Shown here piece after piece: positions 9,544 to 20,355 of a stretch of 54,547 bases of DNA. Numbering within the stretch: the stretch's first letter is position 1; each line of letters starts with the position of its first letter. Under the pieces are notes generated by a model, which saw only the letters and a list, made by a program, of their open reading frames with translations, did not search any database and was not told where the DNA came from. Source of the DNA: Peptococcales bacterium (GTDB lineage Bacteria > Bacillota > Peptococcia > Peptococcales > BICA1-8); the NCBI GenBank assembly GCA_050946395.1, contig JBMNUR010000002.1, positions 1 to 54,547 on the forward strand, read 5' to 3'. The translations under genes were made by a program, and so were the position numbers.

Positions 9544-11030
9544 TAAAACATCCCTCCTATCTTAAGTGTAGACAGGTACTCTTGCACAAAAGGATCTACA
9601 CCATTATTAATCATTTCCATCAGGAGTGATGGGAAGAAACCTAAGAAAATTAATACTCCACATAGGATAACAATCGGGACTAGCTCAACACCCTGTGCAT
9701 CCACCATAAAATCCCATCTGGGATTCCTAGGTCCAAAGAATACTTTTTGCACAACTCTTAAAACATAAACAGCTGTTATGACTATACCAGAAATTGCAAG
9801 TATTGCTAAAATCGGATATACCCTAAAGGCTCCCACAAAAATTGAAAATTCTGCTACGAAGTTAACTAGACCCGGTAGTCCTAAAGATGCAAGACCAGCG
9901 ATTAGAAATCCAGCTGCAATCCGTGGCATCTGATGAGCTAAGCCACCAAAATCAGCAATCATTCTGGTATGAGCTTTATTGTAGACATTTCCAATAAGAG
10001 CAAAGAATAGAGCTGTCATTATACCGTGTGCAAACATCTGAGCAACAGCACCATTAATACTTAAAGTATTAAGAGCGGCTATTCCTAGAAGTACATAACC
10101 CATATGACTTACACTAGAATAACCAATAACAAACTTCAAATCCTTTTGGGCCATAGCGACCATCGCACCATAAACCACGTTAATTATACAAAGAAAAGCT
10201 ATTAAGGGTGCCCAAAACTTAGCTCCTTCGGGGAACATAAATATACCAACCCGAACTAAACCATAGCCCCCTAATTTCATTAAAACACCGGCATGTAGCA
10301 TACTAACAGCGGTAGGGGCGGCTACGTGACCATCTGGAGACCAAGTGTGTAAAGGCCACATAGGTACTAAAAAGCCAAAACCGATCATGAGTAAGAAGAA
10401 TGCAAACTTTTGGAAACCAACATCATAGTTTTGCTGGGTTAAGGTCAAAATATCGAAAGTGCCCAAACCCGTATAAAGGTAAACAGCAATGACCGCAATT
10501 AAGGCAAATGCACTACCTACCAAAAGATACAAAGTCAACTTCATCGCCGCATATTCTTTATTGGTACTACCCCAAACACCTATTAAAATGTACATGGGGA
10601 TAACTGCTACTTCAAAGAATAAATAGAAGAAGAATAAATCGGTAGTCAAAAACACTCCAAATACTCCTGCTACAAGAGCTAGTAAGAAAACAAAAAATTC
10701 TTTAACCCTTGTTTCCATACCCCAAGAAGCAAATACTCCGGTAAAAATAACTATAGCAGTTAAAAGCACTAGGGGTAAGCTTATCCCGTCTACTCCTAAA
10801 GCATAGACAACTCCGAAAGTATCAATCCAGGGAATATGCTCCACAAACTGTATTCCACCAACTGTTTGATCATAATTAACAAAAGCAATCAATGATAAAA
10901 GCACGGTTATACCTGTAGCTATAGCTGAAACAATTTTTATAATTTTATCTTCTTTCTGAGGTATAAATAATATTACTAAGACCCCCAGGATTGGTGCCAA
11001 TAAAATGCTTGAAAGTATTGGGAAACTCAT
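9543..11030 (-). CDS. nuoM: NADH-quinone oxidoreductase subunit M
   Basis: 495-aa antiporter-like subunit (WLPDAH-type motif HTWSPDGHVAAP). ATGA overlap with nuoL. Confidence 0.9.
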   Translation of the reverse strand: MSFPILSSILLAPILGVLVILFIPQKEDKIIKIVSAIATGITVLLSLIAFVNYDQTVGGIQFVEHIPWIDTFGVVYALGVDGISLPLVLLTAIVIFTGVFASWGMETRVKEFFVFLLALVAGVFGVFLTTDLFFFYLFFEVAVIPMYILIGVWGSTNKEYAAMKLTLYLLVGSAFALIAVIAVYLYTGLGTFDILTLTQQNYDVGFQKFAFFLLMIGFGFLVPMWPLHTWSPDGHVAAPTAVSMLHAGVLMKLGGYGLVRVGIFMFPEGAKFWAPLIAFLCIINVVYGAMVAMAQKDLKFVIGYSSVSHMGYVLLGIAALNTLSINGAVAQMFAHGIMTALFFALIGNVYNKAHTRMIADFGGLAHQMPRIAAGFLIAGLASLGLPGLVNFVAEFSIFVGAFRVYPILAILAISGIVITAVYVLRVVQKVFFGPRNPRWDFMVDAQGVELVPIVILCGVLIFLGFFPSLLMEMINNGVDPFVQEYLSTLKIGGMF

Positions 11031-12913
11031 TGTACACCTCCTACCACAGGTCCAGCCAGAAATAAAACAATAACCACAACAGCTGTGAAAATCACTAAAC
11101 CATAGGTTTGTAAACTACCAGTATGAATATAACGTCCTTTTGCACCAATTGTTCTAATTATCCAGGCAAAAGCATGGGCTATCCCATCTACGATGTAACG
11201 ATCACACCAGTTAAATACAGATGATATTGTTAAGACAATCTTATCAAAAAACCATTGATAGATTTCATCTATATACCACTTGTTATATAAAAACTTATAG
11301 AGAGGGGCATATTTTTGAGCAATTTTCTCAGCGGAAATAGCGCGTTTAATATAAACTAACCAAGCCAAAAAGATACCACCTAAAGCAATTAATGTGGAAG
11401 AACCCATGACTAGTAAATCCGGGGTTGGATGATGTGGTTCACCAAAATAGATGTAACTGGCAAAGCCATGTTCAACAAATGGTGCACCAATGAATCCACC
11501 AAAAATGGAAAATACAGCCAAGATCATAAGGGGTATCGTCATTGTTAACGGAGACTCATGAGCATGGAAATTACTACGTTTTTCGCCAAAGAAAGCTACG
11601 AATATTAATCTAAACATATAAAACGCTGTTAAGAAAGCCGTAATGGCAGCAATAATATAAAGTAATGTAAATCCGTTGTCTTTGGCGGCTAATAAGATTT
11701 CATCTTTACTCCAGAACCCGGCAAAAGGTGGAATACCTGCGATAGCCAAACCCCCAATTACCATACACGTTCCGGTAATTTTCATTTCTTTAAAGACGCC
11801 ACCCATTTCAAAAATATCTTGTTTATGAAGTGCGTGGATAACACTTCCTGCACATAAAAACATTAAAGCTTTGAAAAAAGCATGGGTAGTTAAGTGAAAC
11901 ATTCCGGCGGTAAGGCTACCAATACCTATAGCCATAACCATATAACCTAATTGACTTAATGTAGAAAAGGCTAGAATCCTCTTGAAGTCACGTTGAGTAA
12001 TTGCAATTGTTGCCGCAAAAATAGCAGTAAACCCACCTAGATAAGCAATGAATTCTATTGCACCAGGGGCACTAGCAAATAAAATAAAACCACGTGCCAA
12101 TAGATATACGCCGGCAGCAACCATTGTAGCCGCATGGATTAAGGCACTAACCGGTGTTGGCCCTTCCATGGCGTCAGGTAACCAGACATGAAGAGGAAAC
12201 TGACCTGATTTACCTATAGGACCAACAAAAACTAAAATTGCAGCTAAAGTTAAAAACCCTAAATCATTTGAGGCATTAATCGCTTCTGCCAACTGACCGA
12301 AATTAAATGTGTCAAAATAAATATATAAAACAATAATCCCGAGCATAAAGCCAAAATCGGCAACTCTGTTAGTAACAAAAGCTTTTTTATTGGCATTTGC
12401 AGCAGAATCTTTATAAAAGTAAAATCCGATTAGTAAGTAGGAACACAAACCAACCAATTCCCAAAAAACAAACATCTGGAAATAATTATTGGAAATTACC
12501 AATCCCAGCATTGAAAATACAAAAAGGGCTAAATAAGAGAAAAAACGAGAAAACCCTGGGTCATCCTGCATATATCCAATAGAATAAATCATTACTAACA
12601 ATGAAATAAAAGTCACTACAAAAAGCATACCAGCAGTCAAGGGATCAATTAAGGCCCCCATTTCTATGAATAAACCATTCATATCTAGCCAAGGTAAGGC
12701 AAATTCAATTGGATTATTCATATTTATTTCCGGGTTGATTAAAACTACCCGCAAAATATCTAATGATAAGAAAAAGGCTATTACCATACTAAAAATTGCC
12801 GTTAAGGCACTAAGCATTTTAAACCTTTTGAATAAAAAGGTAATTAAAATAAAAGCTACTAAAGGAGCCAGGGGTACTAGCCAAATATAATTAATTCCGA
12901 CGGAGTCAATCAT
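11027..12913 (-). CDS. nuoL: NADH-quinone oxidoreductase subunit L
   Basis: About 628 aa with HVWLPDAMEGPTPVSALIHAATMV. The second ATG (12913) has better spacing from GGGGTGGTG than the track start at 12919. Confidence 0.9.
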   Translation of the reverse strand: MIDSVGINYIWLVPLAPLVAFILITFLFKRFKMLSALTAIFSMVIAFFLSLDILRVVLINPEINMNNPIEFALPWLDMNGLFIEMGALIDPLTAGMLFVVTFISLLVMIYSIGYMQDDPGFSRFFSYLALFVFSMLGLVISNNYFQMFVFWELVGLCSYLLIGFYFYKDSAANANKKAFVTNRVADFGFMLGIIVLYIYFDTFNFGQLAEAINASNDLGFLTLAAILVFVGPIGKSGQFPLHVWLPDAMEGPTPVSALIHAATMVAAGVYLLARGFILFASAPGAIEFIAYLGGFTAIFAATIAITQRDFKRILAFSTLSQLGYMVMAIGIGSLTAGMFHLTTHAFFKALMFLCAGSVIHALHKQDIFEMGGVFKEMKITGTCMVIGGLAIAGIPPFAGFWSKDEILLAAKDNGFTLLYIIAAITAFLTAFYMFRLIFVAFFGEKRSNFHAHESPLTMTIPLMILAVFSIFGGFIGAPFVEHGFASYIYFGEPHHPTPDLLVMGSSTLIALGGIFLAWLVYIKRAISAEKIAQKYAPLYKFLYNKWYIDEIYQWFFDKIVLTISSVFNWCDRYIVDGIAHAFAWIIRTIGAKGRYIHTGSLQTYGLVIFTAVVVIVLFLAGPVVGGVQ

Positions 12914-12929
12914 TAACATTCACCACCCC

Positions 12930-13238
12930 TTACCATTTAAGCCAATCTAAATTTTCAACATCAACTGAAGAACGGTCACGGTAAATGGCGATAATGATTG
13001 CCAAACCAATTGCCACTTCGCAAGCTGCTACCACAATTACAAAGATAGCAAATATTTGACCGGTTAATACCCCAGGCGTTAAAAATTTAGTTATGGCTAC
13101 TAAATTAATATTTACAGCATTTAGCATTAATTCAATACATATCAAGATAGCTACGGCGTTCTTTTTGGATAATGCCCCATACAACCCGATACAAAACAAA
13201 ATAGCACTTAATAGTAAATAATGATTTAAGGTAATCAT
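12930..13238 (-). CDS. nuoK: NADH-quinone oxidoreductase subunit K
   Basis: 102-aa protein with three TM segments. ATGA overlap with nuoJ. Confidence 0.9.
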   Translation of the reverse strand: MITLNHYLLLSAILFCIGLYGALSKKNAVAILICIELMLNAVNINLVAITKFLTPGVLTGQIFAIFVIVVAACEVAIGLAIIIAIYRDRSSVDVENLDWLKW

Positions 13239-13744
13239 TTGGGGTTTCTCACCTCTCTTGCAATAACTATTGCACCTATCATAGATACAGTTAGCAATAT
13301 AGCCGCCAATTCAAAAGGAATAACATAGGTGCTAAATAAAACATCTCCAATAGTGCCAATTGAGTCAATAGTACCTACACCGTTTTCCACCTGCCAAGGT
13401 GTACGAATAATGTAATATGAGATTACACCAAATAAAGCGGCTACTACTATAAGAGCTGTATATTTATATTTTCCGAATATACTGGTATCACACATTTTTC
13501 CATCACCTCGAGTAATAAGCATGATACCAAAAACAATCACTATAGAAACAGCCCCTGCATAGACTAAAACTTGCACTGCAGCTAAAAAGTCAGCATTAAG
13601 AGTTAAATAGAGTCCGGCAATACCTAAAAAGGTGAGAATCAAAGCTAAAGCACTGTGGACGATATTGGTTACATAGACAACTGCCAAAGCTGAACCTAGG
13701 GTAACAAAGGCTAGTAACCAAAAAGTTAGAACTTGCAGTTCCAT
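13235..13744 (-). CDS. nuoJ: NADH-quinone oxidoreductase subunit J
   Basis: 169-aa membrane subunit in the conserved I-J-K order. Confidence 0.85.
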   Translation of the reverse strand: MELQVLTFWLLAFVTLGSALAVVYVTNIVHSALALILTFLGIAGLYLTLNADFLAAVQVLVYAGAVSIVIVFGIMLITRGDGKMCDTSIFGKYKYTALIVVAALFGVISYYIIRTPWQVENGVGTIDSIGTIGDVLFSTYVIPFELAAILLTVSMIGAIVIAREVRNPK

Positions 13745-14196
13745 TAAGCATCCTCCTTTCCTACTACCTCATTAGCTTTTTCGGGCTGAGCATAGGTAGA
13801 AGTAGGTGCAGAAAGATTTTGATTATTAAATAGATCTAGGATAACTTCTTCTTTATAATAAGTTGCGGTTTCAAATTCTTTAGTAAACCTTAAACATTTT
13901 TTGGGACAAGCCTCAACACAAAGTCCACAGTATAAACAGTAAGAACGGTTAAGTTCATAACCGGCTAGCTGTTTTTTATTTTCTTCATTTTTTTCGGTAG
14001 TTAATTTAATTGCGGAATTAGGGCAAGCTCTTTCACATAACCCACAAGCTATACATTGACTAACATCAAGTTGGAAACTACCTCGCCAACGCTCTGCCAG
14101 TTGTGGTTTCACTTCTGGGTATTTTTCGGTAATTTTTTTTCTGAAAATATTTCTACCCGTAACACTTAACCCTTTAATTAATCCTTTTCCATACAT
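13744..14196 (-). CDS. nuoI: NADH-quinone oxidoreductase subunit I (2x[4Fe-4S])
   Basis: CIACGLCERACP and CLYCGLCVEACP ferredoxin motifs. Confidence 0.9.
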   Translation of the reverse strand: MYGKGLIKGLSVTGRNIFRKKITEKYPEVKPQLAERWRGSFQLDVSQCIACGLCERACPNSAIKLTTEKNEENKKQLAGYELNRSYCLYCGLCVEACPKKCLRFTKEFETATYYKEEVILDLFNNQNLSAPTSTYAQPEKANEVVGKEDA

Positions 14197-14199
14197 CGA

Positions 14200-15252
14200 T
14201 TACCACCACCCCAATCCATTAGCATAAATATAAACACCAATTCCCGTAATAAATACATTTGCTAAAGATAGTGGTACTAAAACTTTCCAACTGAAGCTCA
14301 TCAGATGGTCCACTCTCATTCTAGGGAAAGTCCAACGTATCCAAATAAAGAAGGACATTACTAAAAAGGTCTTAATTAAAAACCAAATCCAACTTGGTAA
14401 CAGGGGGCCATGCCAGCCACCTAAAAACATAGTAACACCCATAGCCGCTACCACAAACAAGTTACAATACTCCGCCAAGAAAAACAAAGCCCATTTCATA
14501 CCAGAGTATTCCGTATAAATGCCTGCTGTTAATTCTGATTCCCCTTCTGGTAAATCAAAGGGTGCACGATTTGTCTCGGCAACTCCGGCAATAATGTAAA
14601 TGATAAATGCTATTGGTTGTAATACTACAAACCAAACTGAAGACTGAGCCGCAACTATCCCTTGTAATTGCAGTGTACCGGTGATTAAAACTACTCCTAA
14701 TAATGAAAATACTAAGGGTATCTCATAGCTCACCATCTGGGCCACAGCCCGCATAGAACCGACAAGTGAATATTTATTATTCGAGCCCCAACCAGCCATA
14801 AAAATAGGAATTGTTGATAAAGAGGTAACAGCTACTAAGTAAAAAATACCTAAATTCAAATCTACAGCAGCCATTCCTTCGCCAAAGGGTATTACAGCTA
14901 AAGCTAAAACTGTTGGAACGAAAATAAAAATAGGTGCTAATAAGTGAATTATCTTATCAGCTTCACTAGGCACCACATCTTCTTTTGTTAATAGTTTAAT
15001 CGCATCTGCCACTGTTTGAAACCAACCATTTGGACCTAACCTGTTAGGACCAGGACGGTATTGAATATAGCCGGCCAGTTTTCTTTCCCATAAAACATAA
15101 AATAAGGCTGCCAAGGTACAAACACCAAGTATGGCAACTAAATATACTACAGCCATACCCATCTCGACCCAAACAGGTGTAAAGCCCAAGGCGGCCAGAG
15201 TTTCTCTTATCCATTGAGCAATGTAAACAAAGATGTTATTCAAAAACTCCAT
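14200..15252 (-). CDS. nuoH: NADH-quinone oxidoreductase subunit H
   Basis: 350-aa membrane protein with ERKLAGYIQYRPGPNRLGP and NRAPFDLPEGESEL motifs. Confidence 0.9.
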   Translation of the reverse strand: MEFLNNIFVYIAQWIRETLAALGFTPVWVEMGMAVVYLVAILGVCTLAALFYVLWERKLAGYIQYRPGPNRLGPNGWFQTVADAIKLLTKEDVVPSEADKIIHLLAPIFIFVPTVLALAVIPFGEGMAAVDLNLGIFYLVAVTSLSTIPIFMAGWGSNNKYSLVGSMRAVAQMVSYEIPLVFSLLGVVLITGTLQLQGIVAAQSSVWFVVLQPIAFIIYIIAGVAETNRAPFDLPEGESELTAGIYTEYSGMKWALFFLAEYCNLFVVAAMGVTMFLGGWHGPLLPSWIWFLIKTFLVMSFFIWIRWTFPRMRVDHLMSFSWKVLVPLSLANVFITGIGVYIYANGLGWW

Positions 15253-15275
15253 GGTTTTTTATCTCCTTTCTCGCC

Positions 15276-16370
15276 CTAGGCATCAATTTCACCTAATACA
15301 ATATCAAAACTTGCCAAAATTGCTACAATATCTGCAATCTTATGACCAATAAAGACGTCGTCATAGATGGAAATATTATTAAAAGATGGCCTTCTAAAAT
15401 GAACACGATATGGTTTAGGAGAACCATCACTAACAATATAACAGCCTAAAGCGCCTTTAGGGTTTTCTGCTTGATGATAAACATCTCCTACAGGTGGTTT
15501 AATGATTTTGGGGACCTTAGCCATTACTGGTCCCTCAGGCAATTCTTTATAGGCTTTTTGAATAATCTTAAAGCTTTCTTCTACTTCTTTCATTCTGACT
15601 ACATACCGGTCATAACAGTCACCATTTTGTCCAACAGGAACTTCGAAATCAAAACGGTCATAAATACTATAGGGGTTTGTTTTTCGAAGATCATGTTTAA
15701 CACTGGAAGCCCTCAAGTTTGGACCGGTTAGGCCGTAACTCATTGCCTTTTCAGCACTAATAACACCAATATTTTGGGTTCTCGCTTTAAAAATCTCATT
15801 GTCATCGATTAAGCGATGGTAATCCTCGATAAATTTGGGGAACTCAGCAATAAATTTTTCTAAAGCCGGACTAAAATCAGGATGCAAATCAGAAGCTACC
15901 CCACCAATACGTATATAATTATAAGTCATGCGCGCACCACTTAAGTGACTCATTAAATCCAAAATCTTTTCCCTTTCAATAAAAGGATAAAAGACTGCAG
16001 TTACTGCCCCTAAGTCCATAATGTAAATACCTATACCCACCATATGACTAGCGATACGCATTAATTCCGCTAACAAGACCCTAATGTACTCCGCTCGTTC
16101 CGGAACTTCAATACCCATAAGTTTTTCAACGGTTTGCACATAGACCAAATTATTACTTATACCGGCTAAGTAATCAAGACGATCGGTATAAGGAATAATC
16201 TGGGGATAAGTTCTGTTTTCCGCGAGTTTTTCAATCCCACGGTGTAAATAACCAATATTTGTTTTGCTACCTACACAAGTTTCTCCATCTAACTCTAGGA
16301 CGACGTGCAGCACCCCGTGGGTACTTGGATGCTGAGGTCCAAAGTTTAGTGTATATGTTTGTGTTTTCAC
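15276..16370 (-). CDS. nuoD: NADH-quinone oxidoreductase subunit D
   Basis: FGPQHPSTHGVL N-terminus. GTG start lies 8 nt after GAGGTG. Confidence 0.9.
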   Translation of the reverse strand: MKTQTYTLNFGPQHPSTHGVLHVVLELDGETCVGSKTNIGYLHRGIEKLAENRTYPQIIPYTDRLDYLAGISNNLVYVQTVEKLMGIEVPERAEYIRVLLAELMRIASHMVGIGIYIMDLGAVTAVFYPFIEREKILDLMSHLSGARMTYNYIRIGGVASDLHPDFSPALEKFIAEFPKFIEDYHRLIDDNEIFKARTQNIGVISAEKAMSYGLTGPNLRASSVKHDLRKTNPYSIYDRFDFEVPVGQNGDCYDRYVVRMKEVEESFKIIQKAYKELPEGPVMAKVPKIIKPPVGDVYHQAENPKGALGCYIVSDGSPKPYRVHFRRPSFNNISIYDDVFIGHKIADIVAILASFDIVLGEIDA

Positions 16371-16394
16371 TGTTAGAACACCTCAACTCCCCTA

Positions 16395-16838
16395 TTACTG
16401 GCGAACACTTTTTGTTACGAAATCTTTTCTTAAAGGATGACCCTCAAAACCTTCCCAAGTTAATATTCTTTCTAGATTAGGGTGATTAAGAAAAGTAATG
16501 CCCATTAAATCAAAAACTTCTCTCTCTAGCCAATCCGCTGTTCTCCATATCCCATTTAGTGATTGAACTTGAGGATTGTCATGGTTTAATTTAACCTTAA
16601 TTGTCATCCGGTCGTCACTATCAAAACTATATAATTGATATACAACCTCAAAATACTCCTTATAATCTGCACTGGAAATATCAGCTAAGAAATTTAAACC
16701 TTCTGCTTTTAAAAACTCTACCAAAGCCAGCAAATCTTCGGCGTTAATATAAACTTCAGAAGGTTTTTCTTCGTTGATAACAACTTTTTCACCAAATTTT
16801 CCGGTTAACAACTCTTGATAATTTTTTTTATTTTCCAT
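16395..16838 (-). CDS. nuoC: NADH-quinone oxidoreductase subunit C
   Basis: 147-aa protein with [12 protein letters not shown] motif, encoded separately from nuoD. Confidence 0.9.
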   Translation of the reverse strand: MENKKNYQELLTGKFGEKVVINEEKPSEVYINAEDLLALVEFLKAEGLNFLADISSADYKEYFEVVYQLYSFDSDDRMTIKVKLNHDNPQVQSLNGIWRTADWLEREVFDLMGITFLNHPNLERILTWEGFEGHPLRKDFVTKSVRQ

Positions 16839-17352
16839 TTTTCTTTAACCTCACCTTAGTCGGAGAATTTAATTTTTCTTTTAACTGAAGCATACCGTGT
16901 ATTAAAGCTTCAGGACGGGGTGGGCAACCTGGAATATAGATATCTACCGGTATGATATCATCGGCTCCAGGTACAACTGAATATGAATCAACAAAAGGTC
17001 CCCCACTAATGGCACAGTTACCCATAGCTATTACCCAACGAGGTTCGGCTATTTGATGGTATAATCTTTCTACAGAAGGGCGCATTTTTTCTGTGATGGT
17101 TCCTGCTATGATCATAACATCAGCCTGACGTGGTGAATTCCTAAAAACTTCATAACCAAATCTTGAACAGTCAAATCTAGCCTGAGTCATACATATCATT
17201 TCTATAGCACAACAGGCTAAACCAAATTGAAAGGGCCATAGTGACCAACCTCTTGCCCAGTTAAAAATTTTGTCTAATGAAGTTAAAATTATTCCCTTAT
17301 CTTCTAGTTCCTCTTGCGTCAAATAGGTTGTTTCTTCATTGTCTATTGCCAT
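16828..17352 (-). CDS. nuoB: NADH-quinone oxidoreductase subunit B
   Basis: GLACCAIEM...[10 protein letters not shown]...IPGCPPRPE (N2 cluster ligands). Confidence 0.9.
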   Translation of the reverse strand: MAIDNEETTYLTQEELEDKGIILTSLDKIFNWARGWSLWPFQFGLACCAIEMICMTQARFDCSRFGYEVFRNSPRQADVMIIAGTITEKMRPSVERLYHQIAEPRWVIAMGNCAISGGPFVDSYSVVPGADDIIPVDIYIPGCPPRPEALIHGMLQLKEKLNSPTKVRLKKNGK

Positions 17353-17699
17353 TCTAAAGCACCTTCCTTCCAGGCATACCAGAACCCAATAATTAAAATT
17401 GTTAAGAAAATAAACATTTCAACAATAGCGAAGAGTCCTAAACTTTGAAATTTAATCGCCCAAGGATATAAAAAGATAGTTTCAATGTCAAATATTAAAA
17501 ATATTAAGGCGAATAAAAAATAACTGGTTTTAAATTGAACCCAAGCAGTTCCTTGAGTTTCCATCCCACACTCGTAAGTTTTTAATTTTCGTGAATAGGG
17601 ATGGTGATTTTGTAAAATTCTTGACAAAATAATAGCGGCAATACCAAAGGCCAGAGCACCTAAAAAGAGAATTCCAATAATTGCATATTGTGTTAACAT
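17343..17699 (-). CDS. nuoA: NADH-quinone oxidoreductase subunit A
   Basis: YECG motif and three TM segments. ATG 17699 lies 6 nt after AAGGAGG; the track's GTG at 17705 overlaps the SD. Confidence 0.9.
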   Translation of the reverse strand: MLTQYAIIGILFLGALAFGIAAIILSRILQNHHPYSRKLKTYECGMETQGTAWVQFKTSYFLFALIFLIFDIETIFLYPWAIKFQSLGLFAIVEMFIFLTILIIGFWYAWKEGALEWQ

Positions 17700-17778
17700 T
17701 TTCACCCTCCTTTCCTAGAATTTGTTACTTTTTTCTCATAATATGGCACACTTATGGTTCTTAGTTGGAAACATTCCT

Positions 17779-18591
17779 TCAATCAAAAAAATTAATCGCT
17801 TGGTCGGAGGTATATGCTCTTTCCTTTATCGGAGCAAATGTCCTGCGGTGTATAGGACAACAACCATTATTCAATATGGCCATCAAATGCTGCTGTGTGC
17901 CATAACCTTTATTAGCAGCAAAATTAAAACCGGGATATATTTTATCATAGGCTTCCATAATGTTATCTCTAGTAACTTTAGCGATAATGGAAGCAGCAGC
18001 AATAGAGGCACTTAGACTATCACCTTTAATAATGCCTAGCTGGGGTATTTTAAGTAACGAATTTTTTTCACCATCTACTAGAGCATACTCTGGTAATACC
18101 CCTAAAGATCTAACAGCTAAACACATGGCATATCTAGTAGCCTCCAAGATGTTTATTTTATCTATAGTTTGAGCATCTACTATTCCGACGGCCCACTTTA
18201 TAGCTTTAGATTTTATTTCCTTAGCAATTAACTCCCGTCTTTTTTGACTAAGCTGTTTGGAATCATTCAATCCCTCAATAAAACAAAACGGGGGCAAAAT
18301 AACAGCACCAGCCACAATCGGCCCGGCTAAAGGACCTCTTCCTGCCTCATCAATACCTACTATAAACTTATAATTATTATTATAAAGTTTTTTTTCAAAT
18401 TCCCACATTTTTAATATTCGTTCTTTTTCTACTAGTTTTTTGGTTCTTAGGGAGTGGTGCTTTTGTACTAACTTTTGTACAGTTTTTCTCTGATCATTAG
18501 CTAATAACTTTAAAAACTTTTCTTGCTCATTTTCATTTAAAGAAGCTAAATAACCCTCAATCTCGAGAACAGACCATTTTTCGGGTAACAT
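17779..18591 (-). CDS. rnhB: ribonuclease HII
   Basis: GIDEAGRGPLAGPIV and DSK motifs. ATG 18591 lies 5 nt after GCAGGAGA. Confidence 0.9.
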   Translation of the reverse strand: MLPEKWSVLEIEGYLASLNENEQEKFLKLLANDQRKTVQKLVQKHHSLRTKKLVEKERILKMWEFEKKLYNNNYKFIVGIDEAGRGPLAGPIVAGAVILPPFCFIEGLNDSKQLSQKRRELIAKEIKSKAIKWAVGIVDAQTIDKINILEATRYAMCLAVRSLGVLPEYALVDGEKNSLLKIPQLGIIKGDSLSASIAAASIIAKVTRDNIMEAYDKIYPGFNFAANKGYGTQQHLMAILNNGCCPIHRRTFAPIKERAYTSDQAINFFD

Positions 18592-18761
18592 AAATATCTC
18601 CTGCATTTTCAATTTTTCACTAATTAAAGGTATTCTCTATTTTAACTTAAATTCCTTCTAGTAGTTTCCTACTATTAAAATTAATATATTTAATCAATAT
18701 TAAATTTATGGAAAATATTAATGATATTTTGGTGTTAATTCTACGGGAAAATGACATTAAC

Positions 18762-19619
18762 TTAAGGTTTTTCTAAGGTAATGCGGCCAATTAGCCCCCC
18801 CCGATATTCATTTATGACGATACGGGATATCTTAGAATAATCAATATTTTTTCCCGGTAGAAGGCAGCCCCTATTTACAGCCATTTTTTCCATAAGGATT
18901 AAAGGTTCATTGGTAAGTACATTTGAATCTAATTTAAATCTATCGACAAGTAGAGAAGGATAGTTATCTCTAAGAAATTCAATAAGGTGATATGCTACTT
19001 CTTCACTATCAAAAACATCATCATTAATAGCACCCGTTACTGCTAATCTAAATCCAACTTGAGGATCATCAAATTTAGGCCATAATATACCTGGCATATC
19101 CAATAGTTCAAGATCCTTATCCAGTCTGATCCATTGTTTACCTTTCGTAACTCCCGGTTTATTACCTGTCTTAGCTGCCTTTTTCTTAACAATATTATTA
19201 ATAAAAGTACTTTTTCCCACATTTGGTATGCCTACTACCATGCTTCTAATCGTTTGATTAATGATTCCCTTTTCAGCTCTTTTTTCTCTCTTTTCAGCTG
19301 TTAAAGCTAATATTGCTTCTTTCAAAGAATTTAAAAGAGTAGCTTTAACGCTTGTAGAATTAAATTTTAGTGCTTTATATTCTTCTAATTTGTCGAAATA
19401 TGTAAGCCATTGAGCTGTAACCTTTTCATCAGCTAAATCTTCCTTATTAAGTATAATCACCCTAGGTTTATTTACTACCAACTCGTCGATTAAAGGGTTT
19501 CTGCTACTTCGAGGGATCCTGGCATCAACAATTTCGATTACAACATCTACAAACTTTAACTGTTCTTGTATCAAGCGGCGAGTTTTAGCCATATGGCCCG
19601 GAAACCATTGTACTTGCAC
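18762..19619 (-). CDS. rbgA: ribosome biogenesis GTPase A (YlqF/RbgA)
   Basis: Circularly permuted GTPase: NKEDL precedes GIPNVGKST. Begins MQVQWFPGHMAK. Confidence 0.9.
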   Translation of the reverse strand: MQVQWFPGHMAKTRRLIQEQLKFVDVVIEIVDARIPRSSRNPLIDELVVNKPRVIILNKEDLADEKVTAQWLTYFDKLEEYKALKFNSTSVKATLLNSLKEAILALTAEKREKRAEKGIINQTIRSMVVGIPNVGKSTFINNIVKKKAAKTGNKPGVTKGKQWIRLDKDLELLDMPGILWPKFDDPQVGFRLAVTGAINDDVFDSEEVAYHLIEFLRDNYPSLLVDRFKLDSNVLTNEPLILMEKMAVNRGCLLPGKNIDYSKISRIVINEYRGGLIGRITLEKP

Positions 19620-20144
19620 TTAATTTACCCTCCCTATTCTAGAATAAGGCCAGTAAATAAACTGGGCCTTTCCTATTAACAATTTATCTTCTACAAAACC
19701 CCATACTCTACTATCACTACTATTATTTCGATTATCTCCTAGCATAAAATATTCTCCTTCAGGGACTTGTATAGGGCCAAAACTACCAAATTCGAGCCCC
19801 GATGGTAAATAGGGTTCCTCAATTAGCTCATCATTTATGTATAGTTTACTATTAATAATTTGTACTTTTTCACCAGGTAAACCAATAAGCCTTTTTACAT
19901 AATCTTTTTGGGGTTCTATGGGATATTTAAATACTACCACATCACCTCTTTCTGGCTCATGAAACCAGTAAGAAAAACGTGTTACCATTATCCGGTCATT
20001 TATTAGTAGTGTTGGTTCCATAGATCTAGACGGAATCCAAAAGAATTGAAAAAGAAAAGCCCGAATAATCAATGCCAGAATAAGTGCAATTACTACAGAT
20101 TCAACAATTTCTTTAAAGTTTAAAGAAGTGTTTTTTTCCGCCAC
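19620..20144 (-). CDS. lepB: signal peptidase I
   Basis: SRSMEPTL (Ser box), VKRLIGLPGE (Lys box) and GDNRNNSSDSR. Confidence 0.9.
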   Translation of the reverse strand: MAEKNTSLNFKEIVESVVIALILALIIRAFLFQFFWIPSRSMEPTLLINDRIMVTRFSYWFHEPERGDVVVFKYPIEPQKDYVKRLIGLPGEKVQIINSKLYINDELIEEPYLPSGLEFGSFGPIQVPEGEYFMLGDNRNNSSDSRVWGFVEDKLLIGKAQFIYWPYSRIGRVN

Positions 20145-20163
20145 TATAAACCCCTCCCTTTAT

Positions 20164-20215
20164 CGTCAATTCGCTTATTCATTTATTCGTCTACTCATCA
20201 GTGGGTCTATTCGTC
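20164..20215. repeat. CGTCAATTCG/GTCTATTCGTC word block, left flank of the rplS-lepB intergenic element
   Basis: CGTCAATTCG (20164-20173) and GTCTATTCGTC (20205-20215) are exact reverse complements of 20369-20378 and 20375-20385. Confidence 0.7.
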
Positions 20216-20277
20216 GGCGCCCTGTCCGCCCTCTAGCGGGCGATTAAAAATCGACCCTACAACTTTGGTGCAGTTAA

Positions 20278-20345
20278 CCCATGAAAATTCCAAGCGTAGC
20301 GAAGAATCTTAAGATCCTTCAGTCGCGCCTCCCTCAGGATGACAT
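20278..20345. repeat. GC-richer palindromic element (AATCTT-AA-GATCC centre, ..GGATGACAT end)
   Basis: CCCATGAAAATTCCAAGCGTAGCGAAGAATCTT AA GATCCTTCAGTCGCGCCTCCCTCAGGATGACAT. Same architecture as 22888-22964. Confidence 0.6.
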
Positions 20346-20355
20346 ATTCTTTCTA

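Noticed and set aside
8113-17699. Absence of nuoEFG as an artefact of the window
   Set aside because: nuoD and nuoH are 20 nt apart and both operon boundaries lie inside the window, so the absence from the operon is real.
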